64,000 nucleotides of DNA from the human T2T-CHM13v2.0 reference genome, Homo sapiens, in assembly GCF_009914755.1 (NCBI RefSeq), contig NC_060943.1; one strand, given 5' to 3'. The notes under the pieces are model-generated. The model made no database searches. It was given only the letters and a program-made list of their open reading frames with translations, and was not told the DNA's origin. Positions 1 to 11,740 of this stretch are shown piece by piece (position 1 is the stretch's first letter; the number at the start of each line of letters is the position of its first letter). The position numbers and the translations under genes are program-made.

Positions 1-109
1 CTTGTGTTGTGTGTATTCAACTCACAGAGTTGAACGATCCTTTACACAGAGCAGACTTGAAACACTCTTTTTGTGGAAATTGCAAGTGGAGATTTCAGCC
101 GCTTTGAGG

Positions 110-127
110 TCAATGGTAGAAAAGGAA
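110..127 (+). other. A-box (pJalpha-type site) of the A-type monomer, recurring once per dimer
   Basis: TCAATGGTAGAAAAGGAA (variant ...GAATAGGAA) occupies the monomer position held by the CENP-B box in the partner monomer. Confidence 0.6.
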
Positions 128-155
128 ATATCTTCGTATAAAAACTAGACACAAT

Positions 156-324
156 GATTCTCAGAAACTCCTTTGTGATGTGTGCGTTCAACTCACAGAG
201 TTTAACATTTCTTTTCATAGAGCAGTTAGGAAACACTCTGTTTGTAAAGTCTGCAAGTGGATATTCAGACCTCCTTGAGGCCTTCGTTGGAAACGGGATT
301 TCTTCATATTATGCTAGACAGAAG
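156..324 (+). repeat. Representative 169-bp B-type (J2) alphoid monomer
   Basis: GATTCTC at 156 aligns with AATTCTC at 325, giving 169 bp. Contains the CENP-B box at 282-298. Confidence 0.88.
282..298 (+). promoter_or_regulatory. CENP-B box (first of ~188 box positions, one per dimer; ~165 keep the core)
   Basis: CTTCGTTGGAAACGGGA matches NTTCGNNNNANNCGGGN. It recurs every 340 bp with tolerated variants TTTCG... and ...AAGCGGG. Counts were made by hand. Confidence 0.96.
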
Positions 325-329
325 AATTC
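324..329. other. EcoRI site defining the classic 340-bp alphoid EcoRI dimer
   Basis: GAATTC is present in most dimers. It is lost as GAATTG in one dimer type (e.g. 664-669), and some types carry an extra site (e.g. 948-953). Confidence 0.9.
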
Positions 330-495
330 TCAGTAACTTCCTTGTGTTGTGTGTATTCAACTCACAGAGTTGAACGATCCTTTACACAGAGCAGACTTGA
401 AACACTCTTTTTGTGGAATTTGCAAGTGGAGATTTCAGCCGCTTTGAGGTCAATGGTAGAAAAGGAAATATCTTCGTATAAAAACTAGACAGAAT
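325..495 (+). repeat. Representative 171-bp A-type (J1) alphoid monomer
   Basis: AATTCTC at 325 to GATTCTC at 496 gives 171 bp. Carries TCAATGGTAGAAAAGGAA instead of a CENP-B box at the equivalent position. Confidence 0.88.
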
Positions 496-3400
496 GATTC
501 TCAGAAACTCCTTTGTGATGTGTGCGTTCAACTCACAGAGTTTAACCTTTCTTTTCATAGAGCAGTTAGGAAACACTCTGTTTGTAAAGTCTGCAAGTGG
601 ATATTCAGACCTCCTTGAGGCCTTCGTTGGAAACGGGATTTCTTCATATTATGCTAGACAGAAGAATTGTCAGTAACTTCCTTGTGTTGTGTGTATTCAA
701 CTCACAGAGTTGAACGATCCTTTACACAGAGCAGACTTGAAACACTCTTTTTGTGGAATTTGCAAGTGGAGATTTCAGCCGCTTTGAGTTCAAGGGTAGA
801 ATAGGAAATATCTTCCTATAGAAACTAGACAGAATGATTCTCAGAAACTCCTTTGTGATGTGTGCGTTCAACTCACAGAGTTCAACCTTTCTTTTCATAG
901 AGCAGTTGGGAAACACTCTGTTTGTAAAGTCTGCAAGTGGATATTCAGAATTCTTTGAGGCCTTCGTTGGAAGCGGGATTTCTTCATATTCTGCTAGGCA
1001 GAAGAATTCTCAGTAACTTCCTTGTGTTGTGTGTATTCAACTCACAGAATTGAACGATCCTTTACACAGAGCAGACTTGAAACACTCTTTTTGTGGAATT
1101 TGCAAGTGGAGATTTCAGCCGCTTTGAGGTCAATGGTAGAATAGGAAATATCTTCCTATAGAAACTAGACAGAATGATTCTCAGAAACTCCTTTGTGATG
1201 TGTGCATTCAACTCACAGAGTTTAACCTTTCTTTTCATAGAGAAGTTAGGAAACACTCTGTTTGTAAAGTCTGCAAGTGGATATTCAGACATCCTTGAGG
1301 CTTTCGTTGGAAACGGGATTTCTTCATATTCTGCTAGAAAGAAGAATTCTCAGTAACTTCCTTGTGTTGTGTGTATTCAACTCACAGAGTTGAATGATCC
1401 TTTACACAGAACAGTCTTGAAACACTCTTTTTGTGGAATTTGCAAGTGGAGATTTCAGCCGCTTTGAGGTCAATGGTAGAATAGGAAATATCTTCCTATA
1501 GAAACTAGACAGAATGATTCTCAGAAACTCCTTTGTGATGTGTGCGTGCAACTCACAGAGTTTAACCTTTCTTTTCATAGAGCAGTTAGGAAACACTCTG
1601 TTTGTAAAGTCTGCAAGTGGATATTCCGACCTCCTTGAGGGCTTCGTTGGAAACGGGATTTCTTCATATTATGCTAGACAGAAGAATTCTCAGTAACTTC
1701 CTTGTGTTGTGTGTTTTCAACTCACAGAGTTCAACGATCCTTTACACAGAGTAGACTTGAAACACTCTTTTTGTGGAATTGGCAGGGTGGAGATTTCAGC
1801 CGCTTTGAGGTCAATGGTAGAAAAGTAAATATCTTCGTATAAAAACTAGACAGAGTGATTCTCAGAAACTCCTTTGTGATGTCTGCGTTCAACTCACAGA
1901 GTTTAACCTTTCTTTTCATAGAGCAGTAAGGAAACACTCTGTTTGTAAAGTCTGCAAGTGGATATTCAGACCTCCTTGAGGCCTTCGTTGGAAACGGGAT
2001 TTCTTCATATTCTGCTTGACAGAAGAATTCTCAGAAACTTCCTTGTGTTGTGTGTATTCAACTCACAGAGTTGAACGATCGTTTGCACAGAGCAGACTTG
2101 AGACACTCTTTTTGTGGAATTTGTAAGTGGAGATTTCAGCCGCTTTGAGGTCATTGGTAGAAAAGGAAATATCTTCATATAAAAACTAGACAGAATGATT
2201 CTCAGAAACTCCTTTGTGATGTGTGCGTTCAACTCACAGAATTTAACCTTTCTTTTCATAGAGCAGTTAGGAAACACTCTGTTTGTAAAGTCTGCAAGTG
2301 GATATTCAGACATCTTTGAGGCTTTCGTTGGAAACGGGATTTCTTCATATTCTGCTAGACAGAAGAATTCTCAGAAACTTCGTTGTGTTGTGTGTTTTCA
2401 ACTCACAGAGTTGAACGATCCTTTACACAGAGCAGACTTGAAACACTCTTTTTGTGGAATTTGCAAGTGGAGATTTCAGCCGCTTTGAGGTCAATGGTAG
2501 AAAAGGAAATATCTTCGTATAAAAACTAGACAGAATGATTCTGAGAAACTCCTTTGTGATGTGTGCGTTCAACTCACAGAGTTTAACCTTTCTTTTCATA
2601 GAGCAGTTAGGAAGCACTCTGTTAGTAAAGTCTGCAAGTGGATATTCAGACCTCCTTGAGGCCTTCGTTGGAAAGGGGATTTCTTCATATTATGCTAGAC
2701 AGAAGAATTCTCAGTAACTTCCTTGTGTTGTGTGTATTCAACTCACAGAGTTGAACGATCCTTTACACAGAGCAGACTTGAAACACTCTTTTTGTGAAAT
2801 TTGCAAGTGGAGATTTCAGCCGCTTTGAGGTCAATGGTAGAATAGGAAATATCTTCCTATAGAAACTAGACAGAGTGATTCTCAGAAACTCCTTTGTGAT
2901 GTCTGCGTTCAACTCACAGAGTTTAACCTTTCTTTTCATAGAGCAGTTAGGAAACACTCTGTTTGTAAAGTCTGCAAGTGGATATTCAGACCTCCTTGAG
3001 GCCTTCGTTGGAAACGGGATTTCTTCATATTCTGCTATACAGAAGAATTCTCAGAAACTTCCTTGTGTTGTGTGTATTCAACTCACAGAGTTGAACGATC
3101 CTTTACACAGAGCAGACGTGAAACACTCTTTTTGTGGAAATTGCAAGTGGAGATTTCAGGCGCTTTGAGGTCAATGGTAGAAAAGGAAATATCTTCGTAT
3201 AAAAACTAGACAGAATGATTCTCAGAAAATCCTTTGTGATGTGTGCGTTCAACTCACAGAGTTTAACCTTTCTTTTCATAGAGCAGTTAGGAAACACTCT
3301 GTTTGTAAAGTCTGCAAGTGGATATTCAGACCTCCTTGAGGCCTTCGTTGGAAACGGGATTTCTTCATATTATGCTAGACAGAAGAATTCTCAGTAACTT

Positions 3401-6400
3401 CCTTGTGTTGTGTGTATTCAACTCACAGAGTTGAACGATCCTTTACACAGAGCAGACTTGAAACACTCTTTTTGTGGAATTTGCAAGTGGAGATTTCAGC
3501 CGCTTTGAGGTCAATGGTAGAATAGGAAATATCTTCCTATAGAAACTAGAGAGAATGATTCTCAGAAACTCCTTTGTGATGTGTGCGTTCAACTCACAGA
3601 GTTCAACCTTTCTTTTCATAGAGCAGTTGGGAAACACTCTGTTTGTAAAGTCTGCAAGTGGATATTCAGACTTCTTTGAGGCCTTCGTTGGAAGCGGGAT
3701 TTCTTCATATTCTGCTAGACAGAAGAATTCTCAGTAACTTCCTTGTGTTGTGTGTATTCAACTCACAGAGTTGAACGATCCTTTACACAGAGCAGACTTG
3801 AAACACTCTTTTTGTGGAATTTGCAAGTGGAGATTTCAGCCGCTTTGAGGTCAATGGTAGAATAGGAAATATCTTCCTATAGAAACTAGACAGAATGATT
3901 CTCAGAAACTCCTTTGTGATGTGTGCGTTCAACTCACAGAGTTTAACCTTTCTTTTCATAGAGCAGTTAGGAAACACTCTGTTTGTAAAGTCTGCAAGTG
4001 GATATTCAGACATCCTTGAGGCTTTCGTTGGAAACGGGATTTCTTCATATTCTGCTAGACAGAAGAATTCTCAGTAACTTCCTTGTGTTGTGTGTATTCA
4101 ACTCACAGAGTTGAACGATCCTTTACACAGAGCAGACTTGAAACACACTTTTTGTGGAATTTGCAAGTGGAGATTTCAGCCGCTTTGAGGTCAATGGTAG
4201 AATAGGAAATATCTTCCTATAGAAACTAGACAGAATGATTCTCAGAAACTCCTTTGTGATGTGTGCGTTCAACTCACAGAGTTTAACCTTTCTTTTCATA
4301 GAGCAGTTAGGAAACACTCTGTTTGTAAAGTCTGCAAGTGGATATTCAGACCTCCTTGAGGCCTTCGTTGGAAACTGCATTTCTTCATATTATGCTAGAC
4401 AGAAGAATTCTCAGTAACTTCCTTGTGTTGTGTGTATTCAACTCACAGAGTTGAACGATCGTTTACACAGAGCAGACTTGAAACACTCTTTTTGTGGAAT
4501 TTGCAAATGGAGATTTCAGCCGCTTTGAGTTCAATGGTAGAATAGGAAATATCTTCCTATAGAAACTAGACAGAATGATTCTCAGAAACTCCTTTGTGAT
4601 GTGTGCGTTCAACTCACAGAGTTTAACCTTTCTTTTCATAGAGCAGTTAGGAAACACTCTGTAAAGTCTGCAAGTGGATATTCAGACATCTTTGAGGCTT
4701 TCGTTGGAAACGGGATTTCTTCATATTCTGCTAGACAGAAGAATTCTCAGTAACTTCCTTCTGTTGCGTGTATTCAACTCACAGAGTTGAACGATCCTTT
4801 ACACAGAGCAGACTTGAAACACTCTTTTTGTGGAATTTGCAAGTGGAGATTTCAGCCGCTTTGAGGTCAATGGTAGAATAGGAAATATCTTCCTATAGAA
4901 ACTAGACAGAATGATTCTCAGAAACTCCTTTGTGATGTGTGCGTTCAACTCACAGAGTTTAACCTTTCTTTTCATAGAGCAGTTAGGAAACACTCTGTTT
5001 CTAAAGTCTGCAAGTGGATATTCAGACATCTTTGGGGCCTTCGTTGGAAACGGGATTTCTTCATGTTCTGCTAGACAGAAGAATTCTCAGAAACTTCCTT
5101 GTGTTGTGTGTTTTCAACTCACAGAGTTGAACGATGCTTTACACAGAGTAGACTTGAAACACTCTTTTTGTGTAATTTGCAAGTGGAGATTTCAGCCGCT
5201 TTGAGGTCAATGGTAGAAAAGGAAATATCTTCGTATAAAAACAAGACAGAATGATTCTCAGAAACTCCTTTGTCATGTGTGCGTTCAACTCACAGAGTTT
5301 AACCTTTCTTTTCATAGAGCAGTTAGGAAACACTCTGTTTGTAAAGTCTGCAAGTGGATATACAGACCTCTTTGAGGCCTTCGTTGGAAACGGGATTTCT
5401 TCATATTCTGCTAGAGAGAAGAATTCTCAGTAACTTCCTTGTGTTGTGTGTATTCAACTCACAGAGTTGAATGATCCTTTACACAGAACAGTCTTGAAAC
5501 ACTCTTTTTGTGAAATTTGCAAGTGGAGATTTCAGCCGCTTTGAGGTCAATGGTAGAATAGGAAATATCTTCCTATAGAAACTAGACAGAATGATTCTCA
5601 GAAACTCCTTTGTGATGTGTGCGTTCAACTCACAGAGTTTAACCTTTCTTTTCATAGAGCAGTTAGGAAACACTCTGTTTGTACAGTCTGCAAGTGGATA
5701 TTCAGACATCTTTGAGTCTTTCGTTGGAAAAGGGATTTCTTCATATTCTGCTAGACAGAAGAATTCTCAGAAACTTCGTTGTGTTGTGTGTTTTCAACTC
5801 ACAGAGTTCAACGATCCTTTACACAGAGTAGACTTGAAACACTCTTTTTGTGGAATTGGCAGGGTGGAGATTTCAGCCGCTTTGAGGTCAATGGTAGAAA
5901 AGGAAATATCTTCGTATAAAAACTAGACAGAGTGATTCTCAGAAACTCCTTCGTGATGTCTGCGTTCAACTCACAGAGTTTAACCTTTCTTTTCATAGAG
6001 CAGTTAGGAAACACTCTGTTTGTAAAGTCTGCAAGTGGATATTCAGACCTCCTTGAGGCCTTCGTTGGAAGCGGGAATTCTTCATATTCTGCTATACAGA
6101 AGAATTCTCAGAAACTTCCTTGTGTTGTGTGTATTCAACACACAGAGTTGAACGATCGTTTACACAGAGCAGACTTGAGACACTCTTTTTTGGAATTTGT
6201 AAGTGGAGATTTCAGCCGCTTTGAGGTCAATGGTAGAAAAGGAAATATCTTCACATAAAAACTAGACAGAATGATTCTCAGAAACTCCTTTGTGCTGTGT
6301 GCGTTCAACTCACAGAGTTTAACCTTTCTTTTCATAGAGCAGTTAGGAAACACTCTGTTTGTTAAGTCTGCAGGTGGATATTCAGACCTCTTTGACGCCT

Positions 6401-9400
6401 TCGTTGGAAACGGGATTTCTTCATATTATGCTAGACAGAAGAATTCTCAGTAACTTCCTTGTGTTGTGTGTATTCAACTCATAGAGTTGAACGATCCTTT
6501 ACACAGAGCAGACTTGAAACACTCTTTTTGTGGAATTTGCAAGTGGAGATTTCAGCCGCTTTGAGGTCAATGGTAGAGAAGGAAATATCTTCGTATAAAA
6601 ACTACACAGAATGATTCTCAGAAACTCCTTTGTGATGTGTGCGTTCAACTCACAGAGTTTAACCTTTCTTTTCATAGAGCAGTTAGGAAACACTCTGTTT
6701 GTAAAGTCTGCAAGTGTATATTCAGACCTCCTTGAGGCCTTCGTTGGAAACGGGATTTCTTCATATTATGCTAGACAGAAGAATTCTCAGTAACTTCCTT
6801 GTGTTGTGTGTATTCAACTCACAGAATTGAACGATCCTTTACACAGAGCAGACTTCAAACACTCTTTTTGTGGAATTTGCAAGTGGAGATTTCAGCCGCT
6901 TTGAGGTCAATGGTAGAAAAGGAAATATCTTCGTATAAAAACTAGACAGAATGATTCTCAGAAACTCCTTTGTGATGTGTGCGTTCAACTCACAGAGTTT
7001 AACCTTTCTTTTCATAGAGCAGTTAGGAAACACTCTGTTTGTAAAGTCTGCAAGTGGATATTCAGACCTCCTTGAGGCCTTCGTTGGAAACGGGATTTCT
7101 TCATATTATGCTAGACAGAAGAATTCTCAGTAACTTCCTTGTGTTGTGTGTATTCAACTCACAGAGTTGAACGATCCTTTACACAGAGCAGACTTGAAAC
7201 ACTCTTTTTGTGGAATTTGCAAGTGGAGATTTCAGCCGCTTTGAGGTCAATGGTAGAAAAGGAAATATCTTCGTATAAAAACTAGACAGAATGATTCTCA
7301 GAAACTCCTTTGTGATGTGTGCGTTCAACTCACAGAGTTTAACCTTTCTTTTCATAGAGCAGTTAGGAAACACTCTGTTTGTAAAGTCTGCAAGTGGATA
7401 TTCAGACCTCCTTGAGGCCTTCGTTGGAAACGGGATTTCTTCATATTATGCTAGACAGAAGAATTGTCAGTAACTTCCTTGTGTTGTGTGTATTCAACTC
7501 ACAGAGTTGAACGATCCTTTACACAGAGCAGACTTGAAACACTCTTTTTGTGGAATTTGCAAGTGGAGATTTCAGCCGCTTTGAGTTCAAGGGTAGAATA
7601 GGAAATATCTTCCTATAGAAACTAGACAGAATGATTCTCAGAAACTCCTTTGTGATGTGTGCGTTCAACTCACAGAGTTCAACCTTTCTTTTCATAGAGC
7701 AGTTGGGAAACACTCTGTTTGTAAAGTCTGCAAGTGGATATTCGGAATTCTTTGAGGCCTTCGTTGGAAGCGGGATTTCTTCATATTCTGCTAGGCAGAA
7801 GAATTCTCAGTAACTTCCTTGTGTTGTGTGTATTCAACTCACAGAATTGAACGATCCTTTACACAGAGCAGACTTGAAACACTCTTTTTGTGGAATTTGC
7901 AAGTGGAGATTTCAGCCGCTTTGAGGTCAATGGTAGAATAGGAAATATCTTCCTATAGAAACTAGACAGAATGATTCTCAGAAACTCCTTTGTGATGTGT
8001 GCATTCAACTCACAGAGTTTAACCTTTCTTTTCATAGAGAAGTTAGGAAACGCTCTGTTTGTAAAGTCTGCAAGTGGATATTCAGACATCCTTGAGGCTT
8101 TCGTTGGAAACGGGATTTCTTCATATTCTGCTAGAAAGAAGAATTCTCAGTAACTTCCTTGTGTTGTGTGTATTCAACTCACAGAGTTGAATGATCCTTT
8201 ACACAGAACAGTCTTGAAACACTCTTTTTGTGGAATTTGCAAGTGGAGATTTCAGCCGCTTTGAGGTCAATGGTAGAATAGGAAATATCTTCCTATAGAA
8301 ACTAGACAGAATGATTCTCAGAAACTCCTTTGTGATGTGTGCGTGCAACTCACAGAGTTTAACCTTTCTTTTCATAGAGCAGTTAGGAAACACTCTGTTT
8401 GTAAAGTCTGCAAGTGGATATTCAGACATCTTTGAGGCTTTCGTTGGAAACGGGATTTTTTCATATTCTGCTAGGCAGAAGAATTCTCAGTAACTTCGTT
8501 GTGTTGTGTGTTTTCAACTCACAGAGTTAAAGGATCATTTACACAGAGTAGACTTGAAACACTCTTTTTGTGGAATTGGCAGGGTGGAGATTTCAGCCGC
8601 TTTGAGGTCAATGGTAGAAAAGGAAATATCTTCGTATAAAAACTAGACAGAGTGATTCTCAGAAACTCCTTTGTGATGTCTGCGTTCAACTCACAGAGTT
8701 TAACCTTTCTTTTCATAGAGCAGTTAGGAAACACTCTGTTTGTAAAGTCTGCAAGTGGATATTCCGACCTCCTTGAGGGCTTCGTTGGAAACGGGATTTC
8801 TTCATATTATGCTAGACAGAAGAATTCTCAGTAACTTCCTTGTGTTGTGTGTATTCAACTCACAGAGTTGAACGATCCTTTACACAGAGCAGACTTGAAA
8901 CACTCTTTTTGTGGAATTTGCAAGTGGAGATTTCAGCCGCTTTGAGGTCAATGGTAGAATAGGAAATATCTTCCTATAGAAAGTAGACAGAATGATTCTG
9001 AGAAACTCCTTTGTGATGTGTGCGTTCCACTCACAGAGTTTAACCTTTCTTTTCATAGAGCAGTTAGGAAACACTCTGTTTGTAAAGTCTGCAAGTGGAT
9101 ATTCAGACCTCCTTGAGGCCTTCGTTGGAAACGGGATTTCTTCATATTATGCTAGACAGAAGAATTCTCAGTAACTTCCTTGTGTTGTGTGTATTCAACT
9201 CACAGAGTTGAACGATCCTTTACACAGAGCGGACTTGAAACACTCTTTTTGTGGAATTTGCAAGTGGAGACTTCAGCCGCTTTGAGTTCAATGGTAGAAT
9301 AGGAAATATCTTCCTATAGAAACTAGACAGAATGATTCTCAGAAACTCCTTTGTGATGTGTGCGTTCAACTCACAGAGTTTAACCTTTCTTTTCATAGAG

Positions 9401-11740
9401 CAGTTAGGAAACACTCTGTTTGTAAAGTCTGCAAGTGGATATTCAGACATCTTTGAGGCTTTCGTTGGAAACGGGATTTCTTCATATTCTGCTAGACAGA
9501 AGAATTCTCAGAAACTTCGTTGTGTTGTGTGTTTTCAACTCACAGAGTTGAACGATCCTTTACACAGAGCAGACTTGAAACACTCTTTTTGTGGAATTTG
9601 CAAGTGGAGATTTCAGCCGCTTTGAGGTCAATGGTAGAAAAGGAAATATCTTCGTATAAAAACTAGACAGAATGATTCTCAGAAACTCCTTTGTGATGTG
9701 TGCGTTCAACTCACAGAGTTTAACCTTTCTTTTCATAGAGCAGTTAGGAAGCACTCTGTTAGTAAAGTCTGCAAGTGGATATTCAGACATCCTTGAGGCT
9801 TTCGTTGGAAACGGGATTTCTTCATATTCTGCTAGAAAGAAGAATTCTCAGTAACTTCCTTGTGTTGTGTGTATTCAACTCACAGAGTTGAATGATCCTT
9901 TACACAGAACAGTCTTGAAACACTCTTTTTGTGGAATTTGCAAGTGGAGATTTCAGCCGCTTTGAGGTCAATGGTAGAATAGGAAATATCTTCCTATAGA
10001 AACTAGACAGAATGATTCTCAGAAACTCCTTTGTGATGTGTGCGTTCAACTCACAGAGTTTAACCTTTCTTTTCATAGAGCAGTTAGGAAACACTCTGTT
10101 TGTAAAGTCTGCAAGTGGATATTCAGACTTCTTTGAGGCCTTCTTTGGAAGCGGGATTTCTTCATATTCTGCTAGACAGAAGAATTCTCAGTAACTTCCT
10201 TGTGTTGTGTGTATTCAACTCACAGAGTTGAACGATCCTTTACACAGAGCAGACTTGAAACACTCTTTTTGTGGAATTTGCAAGTGGAGATTTCAGCCGC
10301 TTTGAGGTCAATGGTAGAATAGGAAATATCTTCCTATAGAAACTAGACAGAATGATTCTCAGAAACTCCTTTGTGATGTGTGCGTTCAACTCACAGAGTT
10401 TAACCTTTCTTTTCATAGAGCAGTTAGGAAACACTCTGTTTGTAAAGTCTGCAAGTGGATATTCAGACATCCTTGAGGCTTTCGTTGGAAACGGGATTTC
10501 TTCATATTCTGCTAGAAAGAAGAATTCTCAGTAACTTCCTTGTGTTGTGTGTATTCAACTCACAGAGTTGAACGATCCTTTACACAGAGCAGACTTGAAA
10601 CACTCTTTTTGTGGAATTTGCAAGTGGAGATTTCAGCCGCTTTGAGGTCAATGGTAGAATAGGAAATATCTTCCTATAGAAACTAGACAGAATGATTCTC
10701 AGAAACTCCTTTGTGATGTGTGCGTTCAACTCACAGAGTTTAACCTTTCTTTTCATAGAGCAGTTAGGAAACACTCTGTTTGTAAAGTCTGCAAGTGGAT
10801 ATTCAGACATCTTTGAGGCCTTCGTTGGAAACGGGATTTCTTCATGTTCTGCTGGACAGAAGAATTCTCAGAAACTTCCTTGTGTTGTGTGTTTTCAACT
10901 CACAGAGTTGAACGATGCTTTACACAGAGTAGACTTGAAACACTCTTTTTGTGTAATTTGCAAGTAGAGATTTCAGCCGCTTTGTGGTCAACGGTAGAAA
11001 AGGAAATATCTTCGTATAAAAACTAGACAGAATGATTCTCAGAAACTCCTTTGTGATGTGTGCGTTCAACTCACAGAGTTTAACCTTTCTTTTCATAGAG
11101 CAGTTAGGAAACACTCTGTTTGTAAAGTCTGCAAGTGGATATTCAGACCTCTTTGAGGCCTTCGTTGGAAACGGGATTTCTTCATATTATGCTAGACAGA
11201 AGAATTCTCAGTAACTTCCTTGTGTTGTGTGTATTCAACTCACAGAGTTGAACGATCCTTTACACAGAGCAGACTTGAAACACTCTTTTTGTGGAAATTG
11301 CAAGTGGAGATTTCAGCCGCTTTGAGGTCAATGGTAGAAAAGGAAATATCTTCGTATAAAAACTAGACACAATGATTCTCAGAAACTCCTTTGTGATGTG
11401 TGCGTTCAACTCACAGAGTTTAACATTTCTTTTCATAGAGCAGTTAGGAAACACTCTGTTTGTAAAGTCTGCAAGTGGATATTCAGACCTCCTTGAGGCC
11501 TTCGTTGGAAACGGGATTTCTTCATATTATGCTAGACAGAAGAATTCTCAGTAACTTCCTTGTGTTGTGTGTATTCAACTCACAGAGTTGAACGATCCTT
11601 TACACAGAGCAGACTTGAAACACTCTTTTTGTGGAATTTGCAAGTGGAGATTTCAGCCGCTTTGAGGTCAATGGTAGAAAAGGAAATATCTTCGTATAAA
11701 AACTAGACAGAATGATTCTCAGAAACTCCTTTGTGATGTG

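Noticed and set aside
136-143. TATAAAA TATA-like motif in many dimers
   Set aside because: It is part of the normal monomer end and alternates with CTATAGAA. Nothing in the sequence supports a promoter.
5591-5926. Longer 111-aa ORFs as programmed frameshift or variant-coding products
   Set aside because: They arise simply from TAA>AAA plus the 1-bp G insertion in one dimer type. There is no evidence of coding constraint.
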